Part shown: piece by piece, positions 1 through 13,561 of the stretch
Layout: each line of letters opens with the position of its first letter
How positions within the stretch are numbered: position 1 is the first letter of the stretch
NCBI GenBank assembly: GCA_009103225.1
Contig: RHPI01000140.1
Coordinates: forward strand, 150,057-214,056
DNA length: 64,000 nt
Direction: 5' to 3'
DNA from: Chlorokybus atmophyticus
Lineage: Eukaryota > Plantae > Mesostigma and Chlorokybus algae
Program-made: the position numbers and the translations under genes
The notes under the pieces: model-generated
The model's input: only the letters and a program-made list of their open reading frames with translations
Database searches by the model: none
Told to the model about the DNA's origin: nothing

Positions 1-213
1 GTGCAGCTGGGTGGTATGCATACAAATGTTGCCCTATTGTTCCCTTATCTCATCTACAAAGCAAGAAGGTGCACGCCAAGTCTCTTCATTCACAAAACAT
101 GCATTTCGAGAGTCCAAACTGTACACCCTGAAAGCCAACCTTCCAGCTCAAGCAATTGCTGATCTGTCCAGCTGTCAGGCTCCAAGCTACCAACAAGTCG
201 CTAAACGTCTGCC

Positions 214-3200
214 TCAATCGCTTTTGTCTTCGCTGCCGGAGCTTTCAGACTCTTGCTTGCTCGGTTTCTTGCTAGCTTTGCTAGACTCCTTCTTGCTCGG
301 TCCTGCGCCGTCCCCATCCGGTTTGTAAGCTTTCATCTGCTCACCGTAGCGGCTTTTGTCGGCAGCTGCCTGCTGCTCATAAGGCTTCTTCTCTTCAGCT
401 GCAAGCAAAGGCAAGGCAGCATGAGACATTGAGGTAGATGCCTGGGGATGTATGTACTGCTGGACGCATGCAAGTACCTGAGAGGCTCTTCCACCTCTCT
501 CCTAGAACCTTGCCGACCTCACCGAACGAGATCCCAGGCCTTTCAGCCTTGACTTTCTGTTAACGGCATTGGGTGGTAAGTTTCATTGAAGCTATAGCAA
601 GCATGTCTTGCGCATGTCTCTGGTAAAAGAGGACAAGCACACATCTGCTGCTAAACCCAGCAGGCCGGCACACGCTTACATCTCGATTGGCATTGGCAAA
701 GAACATGTAGGCTGACATCCCGCGCTTTGGAGCATTTGGGTCCTTCTTCTTCTTCTCCTTCTTTTGCTTTCCTCCATCTGCACAAATCGGCAGTGAGATC
801 AACTCTTCATTTAGCTAGCTAATACTGATAACGAATGCCAACAGCTGTACATAATCCAGTCATGCACTAGAGTGCACAAAGTGGACATCTTCTCAACTGA
901 CTGATCAGCAAAACAGGGTGAATGGCCGATGACAAAAGGCAAGGCCAACACCACCAACCTGCTGGTTCGGGGGCTTTCTTGGCTTTCTTCGGGGCGGGCT
1001 CCTTCTTCTCTTTCTCTTTCCTCTTGGCTGTGGGCGGCGGAGTGCTCTTGCGCATCTTCTCTTTCCGCACCTCTTGCACCTCGTCCGAGTCCGCGTCGCT
1101 TGCATCACCGCCGCCACCGGCTCCAGAAGCATCTGAACCTCCTTCAGACGACTCAGTCGGGGAGCCGCCATCCGTGTCCTCACCAGCGTTGAAGTCTTCA
1201 TCCTGAGATAAGGAAGGGTTTTCAAGTTGGATGTGTCACACGAGCAAGGACACCACACCAAAGCCAGGCTTGTGCACAGGAATAGCTGCCGGCCAACGCA
1301 GCTACTAACGCCAGTGATGCATACCTCTTCATCTGACTCTTCGTCAATCATGTTCATATGCGGGTCAACGTCGTCAAGATCCGTGACGCGTCCAGTGGCG
1401 GCTTGCCCGCCAGGACCCTTCGCTGCGTCCTCCATGTTCGTGATGCGCAGCTTCTTCGCACTGCGCACGCAAAGCTGTTGGTCTGGCAATTGTATGCAAG
1501 GCCTGGGTAGTATGCTGAGATGCAGCCACAATCAGTTGTGCAGATGCTGGTTATCTAACAAGTTTTGTACACGCATGCACAAAACTTGTTGCTATGCTTA
1601 CGTGATGAAGCTGAACAGGTTGGAGTACTCACTGCGCTGGATATTCCTAAACTGATAGTCCATCTGCAAAGCAACCGGGTCAACGCTTTCCACACATGCA
1701 GGTGCCACCAAAGCATGACCCGATTGCAACTAACAGCTGGAACATCATGAATCACCTCAGTCTTGAGACGCATGTACAAATCAAACGTCTTGGCAGAGTT
1801 CATGCTGCCTCCCTGTCCTTGTCGCTCGAACTCTATATAGTCAACCTGTACCAAAGTGTAGAAAATTCTGCCAGAGCTCTAGCTGAGGCGCATTGACAAG
1901 CTGTTGCACCATAGCAATTGCCTCAAGAGGCGCATGTTGGGTTGTGTGAATATAACTTACATCATCATACGGTATCAGCGCCGGCGGCTTATGTACAGCA
2001 AAGAAGCATCGCTCCAGAGGATACAGGTAGCCTTCATCAGCTTTCAATGAGCAGCGAATCTGTTGTTCACCAAAACCTTGAACTGACTGATGAACAACCA
2101 CAATCCACAATGCAACTGCGACATTGCGGACTGCACTTATTATCAACACATCATATGGCAGAAAGCAACCTGACAGAACCACGCGTACCGCAACACCATC
2201 AGACGCACTGCGGAAGGTTCCCGGCTTAGACAGCTTGGTTCCAGACAAGCCCTTCAGAATCTTGCTGAAGACGTCGTGTGACAGCCCTTTGTATGAAGAC
2301 TGGAGCTTGCCTTCATACTTTGTCTTCAACACCTCCTCTGATATTTCTAGGTCGCACTCCGTCTCCTCATCTGCTGGGAACTGCACAGCACATCGTGTTC
2401 ACGCAATCACGCACTCGCATATTCACGTTGGGCACATGTCCACATTGCACAAGCTGCATTTCGAACATGTGTGTGTTGTACAGACTTAAACCAAACAGCA
2501 GAAGCCAGCACACACGATCCACACTGGCTTTACTGGGCATCATACCTGCAGGAGTATGTGCGGGTAGAAAGTTTGACCTTTCCGAATAGGAGGGTCTAAG
2601 CAGATAATCACAAGGGTTTGAGGCAAATTGCCCTGCCATAAGCAGACAAATCACTCAACTCACCATGTCAGGCCGATGCTCAACTAACTGCGCAACATAA
2701 CTCGCAAACATGACTCACAAAACTTTGCAGCAAGCTGCTGCTATTGTTTAAAGAACAGGTGCAGCCCTGACTGACGTCAATTATGTACCTTGGGCAGCAC
2801 AAAGAGGCGCATGACTGATGAGTACTGAATCTTGAAGTCGTTGGCCTGCCCTTGCAAGCGCAGGAATGTGCTGTGTAGCTCAACATGATACCTCCCTCTG
2901 CATGACAATAGTCATGACACAAGTGGTACACACACCGGCCAGTGCGGTCAGGAAGCATGCAGACCAAGCTTACCTAGGTATAGTGACGGCGATCTCGTCA
3001 AAAGCAACAATCGCGTCCCCTGTGACACCCACGTCTGCCTGCTCTGTTATCCTGGAATGAAACACCTGCCATGCAAATCAATGAACTACTGTTGGCATTG
3101 AAAGTCGATGTAGACGATAATATATGTGCCGCTGTGAATGACAGCAAATCGGGAGCATGGAGCCAAACACGATAGCCACGCACGATGTGACAAGCGTGAG

Positions 3201-4648
3201 TAAGTGCAAACAGTGCGAACCTTTGCGGATGGAACGTCATCATCACCCTCAAAGTCTGGGTTGGTTTGGGGTATGTGAAAGCTAAGTTCCACTAGAGAGT
3301 CTTTCTGCAAGGAAACATTGTTTGTTCACACGCAATACCACAACCAGAGCACACTAGTAAACACATGGCAAATGCTGCGCTGATTGACAAAGGGAAACAG
3401 TACCTCAGAAGCACCGGTTGTGTCGTCTATGTGAAATTGTATTACAACTTCGTTTTTGCCTTGAAGCATTGCTTGCGATACATCTGCCAGTGGCAGGTCG
3501 AAAGCCTGCTTGCCCCCAACTTTGAAGTTGAGCATTGAACCTGCAGCATAACAATGCATCAAGGTAGCGCCTCTCATGCAACACCCTAAAGAAGTACTGT
3601 TGCATGCAAATCAGTGCCATACCCCTTATGTCACAATCACCCCAATTTCGACCAGTCAGAGCCAGCTGCTGCTCCTCAAGCTCCATCCCAAAGTGCTCCT
3701 TGGCGTGCTCAGTCAGGGTCGTCAAATCCTGTGCATACGCGCAAAGAAACGTTAAGATCACCCAGTTAACATAACCTTCAGGCATGCATAAGAGTTGCTG
3801 TTGATCCTTCATGCAGGCTGCACGACAAACAACGTTGAGAAAGCAGAAATGTGCACTTCATTTGCACATATGCAGCCTCACCGCTTCGCGGAAGCCGTCG
3901 AACTTCACGTTCTGCCCCGCTTTTTGGCATACAACCAACTGAAAGGCTTTGGGCATGCGCATCCATTGCAGGCGGCTGATGTCGCTTTTGGACACTTCCA
4001 CCAGTTTGCCTCCACCAGCTCTTCGCCACAGAAAGCCATTCTGATGTACCCGTAACTGCCCTTGATTCTGCAATCGGCAGGACTGTCACCACAGTAGCTC
4101 AATGTTGAAGCGATGCGACAATACGCTGTCATCAAGTTCCATTCTGCATGCAATGGGCTACATTCACCGCACCACTTGGGTACGCTCTACGCTGACGGGA
4201 CACATGCAATAAGCAAAGAATTCCTGACCCCAGATAGCGCTGTATATACGCGTGAAGCTGTGCCATGCAGGACGTTGCACAATGCGTTTCGAGAGTTCTG
4301 TGGATGGTGCGGAAGAACAAGGCTTCTTGCGATGCAACGTGCTAGCATGCAGGTGCGTTGGCAAGCCCTCGACAACCACAGCAAAGTTAGTGCAATTGAT
4401 CAGTTGCACAGAAGGCATAGCAGTTGGTTGCTGCAAAGCTACCCTGCCCTGCGTGTACTGAATTTACTGAGAAACAATAGCTAAGATGGAGTAAGCCCGT
4501 AATCACCGACGGGACAAACGAGGCAGTGCCTAACAACAAACAAACTGCTTGCATGCAGACAATCCTGAGCTCCAAAACTTACAGCGTTCATAGCCCGGCC
4601 CCCGAGGTATATGGAGCCGAAGCTGTGCACGCCAGCAGCATCGCCCAT
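214..4648 (-). CDS. SSRP1: FACT complex subunit SSRP1 (multi-exon)
   Basis: Spliced pieces: [18 protein letters not shown], ..[20 protein letters not shown].. (N-terminal PH), ..[12 protein letters not shown].., ..[25 protein letters not shown].., ..[12 protein letters not shown].., an acidic linker, and an HMG box ([43 protein letters not shown]). ATG at 4648, TGA at 214-216. Confidence 0.95.
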
Positions 4649-4750
4649 CTTGTGCAGCAGATCCAAACTAGGGCAACTTCCCCTCGGATGTCACCACGAC
4701 GCTCTCCCCAACGCCGCCACCTTCACCGCCGCCGCCGTCGCTGGCGGGAG

Positions 4751-4759
4751 AAACCCTAA
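4751..4759 (+). promoter_or_regulatory. telo-box (AAACCCTAA) in the SSRP1/hypothetical-gene divergent intergenic region
   Basis: Exact AAACCCTAA about 100 bp upstream of the SSRP1 ATG. Function is inferred from plant promoters. Confidence 0.45.
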
Positions 4760-4879
4760 ATGGGGTTTGAATGCGTTTTGCGCGGGAAATGACAGCAAAC
4801 AAGTGCAGCTCAAATATAAATAATGATGAACCTACTAAATTCAACACTGATAATAGCCGTAGTCAGCTTATTTGAAAAA

Positions 4880-6146
4880 ATGGCGGGCGGCGCAGTGGCG
4901 GCGGCGGCGTCCGCGGCGTCCGTGGCGACGATGTTCTGGGAGTTGTCCAGCTTCTTCGCCAAGACGCAGACGTTGTCGGTGTTGTGCGTGCTGATGCTGC
5001 GGGGAGAGCGGTTGCTGCTGTGGGGCGACGGGACAGCTGGCCGCTGCGTCATCACCAGCAACGTCGTCAAGCCCCCCNCTCGTGCACGGGGAGTCCGACC
5101 CGAATGTTGGGTTGTGTAGTCTGCAAGTATGTGGTTGTGGTTTGTTGGTCATAACAGAGAAAACAAACACGAAGATATAAGACAATTGATTGTGTGAACA
5201 CATGGGTGCATCACTGAATGGATAATGCATGGTGCACTGAATGCACAAATGAGAACCTTGAAACAGCGGTTGAAACCATGATACAACGAATGGAGTGATT
5301 TCCCCCTCTCGACGCCGCCATCGCCGATTTCGCCCGGCGGTGCCCCCAGACTGCATAAGGCGTCCTGCTTTGGCTTGTCCCTGCGGATGGCTGCAGCCCT
5401 GTGCATGCTGACATGGACGCCGACAAGGAGGTCCCCGCCTGGATTGCCCTCATTGAGCCGGGCAGCTGCCTCGTCTACAGCAAAGACCTCCACGCCCAGC
5501 TTGCCGGCGCCGCGGCCGACATTGTCTACGACCATGTTGACCCCCCCGCCAACATGACCAGTAAGGTTTTTGCTAGCATTCTGCTAGCATGAACTGCTCA
5601 ATGTGTTTGTTGCCATTATTGTTGTTGTTTGCATGGTTGTGTCCTTGGCTTTTGTACTCTTGCTTGGCTGTGATCGTGTAATAGCACACAGTGTATGTGC
5701 CTATGCTGTGAATTTGTTTTTTGACGTGCCAACTTTCAACAACACATGTACATACATGCAAAACCACATGCAGTTTGTGTGTGATCCAAGGTCAAGCATG
5801 TTTAGTTGTACCATGCATACGTTCTAAAAACATGCATGTTGTTGTTGAAGATAACTACATGACTGCTTGACATGCTCTGCATGTCGTAACATGCGTGCAA
5901 CACTGCATAGCTGTGCACACACGTCTTGACCAACTTAGCATATATACAAGCAGGCTGCTTAAGCATTGGACCAATGTGCCTTTCCTTGTTGCAGTCGCAC
6001 AAAATGCCAGCGACATCCACATCCTTTGCGTGTCCATTAACCAAAAGGACGGGCAGCTGTTGCGTGTACTCCTCACAGCGCGAGCGCGCAAGGATCAAGC
6101 GATGGCGCTGCTCGAGCCCGCACGCAGAGACTACAGCGACATCTGA
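4880..6146 (+). CDS. hypothetical protein (about 3 exons; interrupted by an N and a 223-bp duplicated segment)
   Basis: MAGGAVAAAAS..SNVVKPP; after the insert PLDAAIADFAR|RPVHADMDADKEVPAWIALIEPGSCLVYSK..PPANMT|IAQNASDIHILCVSINQKDG..RDYSDI*, joined by phase-compatible GT-AG introns. No family recognised. Confidence 0.5.
5079..5301 (+). repeat. 223-bp identical copy of 16055-16277
   Basis: Base-for-base match from ctcgtgcacggg to tggagtgattt; begins immediately after the single N at 5078. Confidence 0.9.
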
Positions 6147-6314
6147 CACGACCTCGCAGGAGCTTCTGTCTCGCTTCTGATTACCGTGGCCTATATTGTT
6201 ATCTGCGTCCTGGGGATGTTCGTTACTTTTTTGCTTTTCGGCTTTGCCCGTCGCGATTGAACACGCCATTAGGTGATGAAGATGTGGGTGTCAAGTGCAA
6301 AGCTCCCCCCCCCC

Positions 6315-6573
6315 NNNNNNNNNNNNNNNNNNNNNNNNNNNNNNNNNNNNNNNNNNNNNNNNNNNNNNNNNNNNNNNNNNNNNNNNNNNNNNNNNNNNNN
6401 NNNNNNNNNNNNNNNNNNNNNNNNNNNNNNNNNNNNNNNNNNNNNNNNNNNNNNNNNNNNNNNNNNNNNNNNNNNNNNNNNNNNNNNNNNNNNNNNNNNN
6501 NNNNNNNNNNNNNNNNNNNNNNNNNNNNNNNNNNNNNNNNNNNNNNNNNNNNNNNNNNNNNNNNNNNNNNNNN
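6315..6573. other. assembly gap bordered by poly-C
   Basis: N run with C homopolymers on both sides. Confidence 0.95.
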
Positions 6574-6931
6574 NCCCCCCTCCGCGTGTTCATTGCTGAG
6601 ACTGATAGCGTGCAGGTTGAAGAACGAGAGAGGAACATGGCGTTAGAACTCTACATGCGCGTTTGAAAACGGCAGTTGAAGAGACCATGCCGCCGCTGTG
6701 CTGTCTTTGGCATGCGAGCGGTGCTTGCTGATGTACACATCTTGTGTGCATGTACATGTGTAGATTTGTTTTATGGATGGTGTGTGTGTGGCTTCGGGTT
6801 GATGCCAAAAAGCCCCACGCCATGATATTCAAATGTACACGCGTCCAGTAACTTCAGCTTGTAGTCCAACAAGCCATATGTACAGTCACTACATGGTAGG
6901 TAGCATAGCGCTGCTGATTAACTGTGTGCGC

Positions 6932-8376
6932 TCATGCCTTCTGCAGCCTTCCCTCATCCAACATTGCTGCAATAAGAGCGTCAACCTCAGACTCCGAAAC
7001 TGGCTTCACATCTTCTGTGTTGAGCTGAAACTTGCGTAAAGACTTGTCGACACGAGCAGCAAGGCGTTCAACCTGGACGTCTGTAAGGTTGTGTGGAGTC
7101 TGCCTTGCTCGCTCCAGATTGCTGACAGGCTGCGAGCGTATATAGAACATGTTATCCTCGTCGCTATCACTAGAATGAATGCTGCCACCATCACTTTCAA
7201 GTGCACTCTCATCGTCGCTCTCCAAGTCAGTAAACCTGGAAACATCTCACGTCAGACAACACAACCGTATCTGCCAACAACTTACAACAGGGGGAACTGT
7301 CGAGAGACAATGTTTTGCTTCAGTACGCGTTGTTGGTGTCAGTTGTAGACAGTGTCCCAAATATGCTGTTGCCGGATGCTTGGCTGGTGGACACTTCACT
7401 ATCATTGGCAGGATCCTTCAAGCGCTGCAGCCTCGCCTTCAGCATTGCATCAAAGTCATCGCCATCTTCAACAGCAGTCTGCCCATTTCCGCTTGCTGGA
7501 ACACATTCCACAAGTGGTATGGCACCGTCAGTAAATCCACAACCGACAAAGACATGGACACACACACACACACAACCAACTCACCAGCGCAAATCAAAGC
7601 ACGACGACACCAACATGGGATTGGATACGCACATGCATGCGTGTGCGCGCACACGCACGGGAACGTCTGTGAGAACCAGCACACATACACACATACACAC
7701 ATGGGCGTGTGCGTGCATGCAGGCATGCAGGCAGGCAAGCAGGCATGTAAGGCATGGAGAAGCAGCAGCCCTTGGCAGCACACAGTCTTGTCTGCCCTTA
7801 GCTGCAGGAGGCTTACCAGTTGCTGACATTGCGCGTGCTGTGGCAGCCTGCAGCTGGCGATAGCGCTCCTCAAGAGATGGCGCCAAGCCGGTTGTGTAAT
7901 GGTGGGCGCCTGTGTTCACATGAAGAACCTGCAAACCCAGACATCCAATGAACCTGGCACAGTGTTAGCCTCCACAGTTGACGTACAGACTATGTACCAC
8001 GACCAGAAACATTACCCAACGACACTATTCAACACCTTACATGCACGGGCACAATGTGACCCTGAGGTGAAGCACTTCTTGCTGTCATTCTGTTGTCCAA
8101 AAGCGTGTTAAGAAATGCATGGTTCTCTATTATCTCAGGCGCTGGAATGCTCAACATCAACTAATGCATGTTCTTGGTGTTAGGACGTTGTCGAGAGCTA
8201 TACATATATACAGACCACTTGATGGCAATTACACGAGTTGAACGGGTTGTGTTATATGTGTAGCTCACTGCTAGCTGGAGTATGAGTCGCAATTCAAAAG
8301 CCCAGCCTACCTGCTCATCCTCCGCCTGCGCAAGCAGCTCATCCACAGCATCCGGATCAACAGGTACACGCGCCAT
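6932..8376 (-). CDS. hypothetical acidic/low-complexity protein; ends uncertain
   Basis: Exon-like ORF pieces MARVPVDPDAVDELLAQAEDEQ, LAPSLEERYRQLQAATARAMS, DDFDAMLKARLQRLKDPAND and MESDDESALESD..VDALIAAMLDEG, separated by CA/TG-rich intron-like DNA. Confidence 0.45.
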
Positions 8377-9042
8377 GCTGCTATGCTGTTCAATTCTTCA
8401 CCTCCATCCACCTCCTCGCCCTCCTCCTTGTCGTTGCCGTCGCCGTCGCCGTCCTTCCGCCGCCTGTCTTCGCAGCAGCTCACCATGCACCGAAACTATC
8501 GGAAGTCGACTATCTTTCTTATACAATTATGGTGTACAAGTATATTGATATCTAAGTCTTCGACAAACAAGTTAGTCTGGTTGGCTAACTGCGATCTAAG
8601 CTGCGTTATTCAGACGAGCAATTCTCACATGGCTGCCAGCTGGCAGTGCAAGAGTGGCAGCGCCAGCGTGGCGGCGGAGGAGCAGGAGGGCGAGGCGGAA
8701 GCAGCGTCGTGGGTGTGAGACATGATCGCACACTGTTGCTGCTTGCTGGAGAGCTGATTGAACATGATGTGCTGAGTCGCAAGCACACAAGCCAAGGCGC
8801 CGGAACTGCAGCTTGTCTACCAGGTAAGCTGCTCAATTGCAAGCATCACTGTTACAATCAGTGCCAACAGCGCGTGTTGTGTATGTGAAGACAGAATTGT
8901 GTCACTGCCGCAGACAAGCAGCATGGCATGCTGCAGTCATGATTGCAACGTCTGCTTGCTTGAAGTGGTATGCTTGCGTCAGCTGCTGAGCAGCTGTCCT
9001 GTTGCATCCACAGCCAAGGTGCGAGCTTGACAGACAACCAAT

Positions 9043-12000
9043 ATGGCGCAAGACGATGTTGACGATCAGTTGAAAGGTATGCGGCAAGACATAGGCAATT
9101 GTCTGCAACACACTGTGAGCGTACTTTCTTACCTGTTCAGTGCTTGCAACTTTGTTCGGTTCTCTCTTGAGCGTCTGCTATCGCTTTCAGCTCACCGTTG
9201 TACTGCAATTCAGCATGCATGTAAGTCAGATTGCTATCTGTGCAGTGTGTAATGTGCATGCCAACTGTCAGAATCCTTGCAGAAGCCATCAATTGCAATG
9301 GCGACGTGCATGAAGTGAAGTCTGCAGCGGAAGCAGCGGCTGCTGAATGCGATGTTCAGCCCAGTTGGTCTGCGCTTGACAGCGCGATGGAGGCGAAAGT
9401 TCGACCCTTTTTAGATCTGATGGATCAGGTATGTGCACACAATGCATCCTATTGCTTTGCTTGTGTCAATATCTCATCATGTGGATGTTGCCAGTTGCGT
9501 CAAGAAGGCATTCAGCATGACTTGGCGATACCGCAAATTGCTGTGGTTGGCGACCAGTCCAGCGGCAAGTCCAGCGTGCTGGAAAGCCTTTCTGGCATAC
9601 CTTTTCCTCGTGGCCGTGGAGCAGTCACGAGGTGTCCTATCGAAATACAGATGAAGCGTGGAGCAAACTGGGAGGTATGTGCATAACCGTTGATCTTGTG
9701 GGTGCCTCATTGACACCGTTGCGGCGCGAACTGGGTTACCAAAGCAGATAGTTTCATAACCACCATTGCTATCTTTCTTGCAACAGCAAGCAAGCTGAGT
9801 TCAAATGCCGTCGCAAGCTCACAAGTGTAGCTGTCAGTAACTTGCCTACAACAGCATGTGTGTCGCGTATGGCTATGTTGAACTGTAAACTGTGCAGCCA
9901 TGGAGAGGGACTGCGAGGATAGGTAGTGAAGAGCCTTGCATGCATTTGGAATCTCCTGAGAAGATGGAAGGGGCGATCAGGAAGTTGTCCGAGCAGCTTC
10001 TGAAGAGTCCAGGAGGGTGTGTGCAGTGTGCTGTTGTTCAACGACCTGTACTGCACTGAAAGACTAAGTCCATACATACTGCAGATACTCAGAGACAAGC
10101 ATTGTGGTTGAGGTGATCTCACCAGATGTGCCCGACCTCACGGTCATCGACCTCCCTGGCATAGTCCGAACAACGACTGCGGGACAGTCTGATCAAGTCA
10201 TGACACAGATTGACAACATGTACAAGCGCTACTTGCAGCAAGTGAGTGTTTGTCTCTTTTGTGAGTTGTCGACCAGACGCTCGCAGAAGCCTTGCTGATA
10301 ATCACTTGGCGTCACAGGAGCGCACGATTATTTTAGCTGTAGTTCCAGCCGACCAGGATATTGCCACAATTGAAATTCTAGAGCGAGCCAAGCAAGTTGA
10401 CCCGGTGGTGAGCACATGTTGCATTTTCTAAAATCGGGCTCAGCTTTTGAACCCAAGCTGTACCAACATGGCAATTGCTTGCAGGGCGACCGCACAATAC
10501 CAGTGTTGACAAAGCCTGATAAGGTGTTTCGATCTGAAGAAGATAGTGTGATATCTGTCATGAACAACATCACCAAACCGCAGAAGCTAGGGTATGCAAG
10601 CTGTTAACTATGTGACATTGTGGTGACAGCGTCCTGCTGACCATGGCTTGTGCTAGTTGCTGATATCTGTAAAAGCGATCATCTTGCTGTCATGTGCAAC
10701 CCAGTCATGGCCAATGCTTTGGCAGGTATGCAATGGTGAAGAACCGTTCCGCTCAGCAAATGAAGGACAACCTGAGCATACATGCTGCGCGCAAAGACGA
10801 GGAGCTGTTCTTCAAGACCCATCCCAAGTTTCGACAGCTGGACCCCACACAGCTGGGCATCCAGAATTTGGCAACACGACTGACAACGTAAGCATGATGT
10901 TGCTATTCAGTGTTGCTGGTATGGGGTTTAAGCACCATATGCTGCGCTTTACACATGCTTGTTGGCTAGTATTTCCCTGGTCACTGCTCGGATGCAACCG
11001 GTCTCCACACAGTGCATGGGTGACTGCGTATGTGTTAAGTTGCTTTGCAAGTACCGTCAATGTTGATGTTGTCAGACATACGACAACAGGTCATATGCTT
11101 CTACGGTCAACAGCGCTCAATGTGACTAGATGTGGCACTGTAGGTTGCTTGTGAGCCGCATTGAAGCTGCGCTTCCTTCAATGCACGAGGAGATTCTGGC
11201 TCAGTTGACAGAGACCGAAGCGCAGTTGAGAGATATGGGCGTCTCACCTCCTGATTCGCATGAGGAGCGTCAAAAGGCGCTGATACGTGTTGTGCAGGTA
11301 AGTGTTGTTGTTGTAAGCTTGGTTTGCATGTGCAATGCTCGTAGATCAAGTACAACCGACGCTGACCAGTGCTCATGACAGGGGTATTATGCAGAGTTAG
11401 ACGCGGAGGTGGAAGGCCGTGACGGCCGGCCGTCAGAAGCGACGTTGTCTCTTTACACAAAAGCTATGACATCTTGGCGGCACTTACAGCAGCGAGTTGC
11501 GGTGGACTTGAAGCCCAAGTTTGATGATCAGAAGATGAACGATGACATTGTCGCGAAGATTGAGGCTCAGCACAGTCGAGAGATACCCGGCTTCTTCAAG
11601 TACAAGGTACGTGCATCCAAGTGTTGACTATAGCTAGGGTTTGCAGCCGTATTGACCAGCAAGTTCGCTTTTGTATCATCAAGTGTTCTGGCAGTTGTTC
11701 AAGGAAGAAGTTGCGAGGATTGTAAAGAGTTGGCGATTTGATACAGACCTCTCAAGCAAGCAGGTTCTCGCAGCCATCAATCAGACTGTAAATCAGGTAC
11801 AGAGATTGCATTAAACAGTTGGTAAGCCTTACACGTTCATCTTGTTATGTTCATTGACACGGTTGTTCTGTAGCTTGCAGTTCAGATCGTGCATCAGTTC
11901 CCGCAGCTAAGAGCGACAGTGAAGTCGATTGCGGAGGAGGTTGCGGCGAAGCGCATGGTGGCCACGCGAGAAAGGTTGGAGGAGCTCTTCGACCAGGAGA

Positions 12001-12702
12001 TGCAAGCCTTCACCATGAGCCACAAGTACCAAACGTACCTGGAAGAGCTGGATCGCATGAGGGTGGCGTCAAATAAAAACCCGAGCGCCAGTCCCAACAG
12101 CACAGCAGACATGTTGATCGTGAGGTAACAGCACCTTCTGCTGTTGCACACATACGTGCTGATGCGTGTGTGGAGACGTGTATCTGGGCAAATGCGTACG
12201 CACACGCATATATCTACGCACGCACGCGCGCAAGCACAAGGGCATGCACAAGCATGCGCGCGCTTGTGCGTGCGTGCGTTGGTTTATGTGTTTGTTTTTG
12301 CATGTGTGCGTGTGCGCGCCGCGCATGTGTGTTCATTCGTGCGCATGCATGAATGGACGCTTGTAATTGTGTGTGCACAGACACGCGTGCAAGCGTGCAG
12401 GCGTGTCTTTGTCTCACTTGGTCTTGTATATCAGGTTGAAAGCGTACTGGCAGACGGCGCATGACAGGTTCATCGACCAGGCGGTGGGCGTGATGGACCA
12501 GAAGCTCATGCGCAAGCTGGCATCGGAGGTGCAGGCGGAGATACTTCTGCGGTGTCAGGACCCTGAGCTCCTGCGCGGCCTCTTCACGGAAGACCGCAGC
12601 ATCCAGACCAACCGCAACAAGCTCATCGCCAAGCGAGACCGCTTGGTACGCGCAGAGCAGGCGATGGATCACTTGCAGGCTGTGGCGGCAACCAAAGCAT
12701 GA
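9043..12702 (+). CDS. Mx/DRP4-like dynamin-family large GTPase
   Basis: [47 protein letters not shown] (G1), VTRCP (G2), DLTVIDLPG (G3), TKPD (G4), a helical stalk and a GED ([34 protein letters not shown]). No PH domain or proline-rich tail. The N-terminus may extend to about 8629. Confidence 0.92.
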
Positions 12703-13561
12703 GAGTGAGCGAGAGTGAACCCCACGCGCGCGTGCAAGGTATTGCGTATTCTTTGGTCTCTAAATTAGTTTTCTTTAAGGCCTCTGTCTGGTGCCGGTTC
12801 TAGTCCATGTGTTTGTGTATAGTGTTTGCAGTCCGTCCATTTTTACCAAAGGATGCGGACTGCTAGAGAAACACCAGTGCCATTAGGTTGGACATCAGCG
12901 CTGTTGATTAGTACAGCAAATCCTATCCCACACAGTGTCTCCACTGCATGCCCATACCTGTGGCTGATTGCATGGGTTTTGTTTGGGTAGTCTGTTGCAG
13001 ATCCTGCTTGCTGCTTCAGCTGTGGTGTCTTGTGGTAGCCATGCTGTGCCCAAACTATCTCCTACATGGGCACGCATGACGCCATCATTGTCTGCGCGCA
13101 TTGCTGCCTACACACATTACCCTTCTCATTTTGGTACACCACCCAATCCCATACACATACCCAAAGAACACTACATGACGTTGCATAATGTCACTAGCCG
13201 CATGCCCAGATAATGAACATGGCTGCTGATATGATCTCAGAGCTTGGGCCCCCTTGACCAGGTGGTGTTGGTGAGAGGAGTGAAAGACGGGTTAGCCTCA
13301 TGAAGTTTGTGATGCATTTGACTGTTTGCTGACCTTGCTTACCATGCCCACTTATGACCAACACAGTACACCTTTCAAAACTGGCACTGTTTGTGATGAT
13401 ACACTGCGCTTGGCTTCCTGTCACATAGAATATTCAATCTGAGACATCGCCTGCATGCAATATGCACGCAAACAAGCAGTTGGCATGTTGCCGCTGCAAT
13501 GTCCTATGGTTGTCTGCTCTACTATACAAGAAATTTCACTGCAACTGCCTCTACTCTACAA

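Noticed and set aside
6257-6666. Long ORFs across N gaps (also 17216-17902 and 27836-28252)
   Set aside because: Artefacts of translating Ns and poly-G/C.
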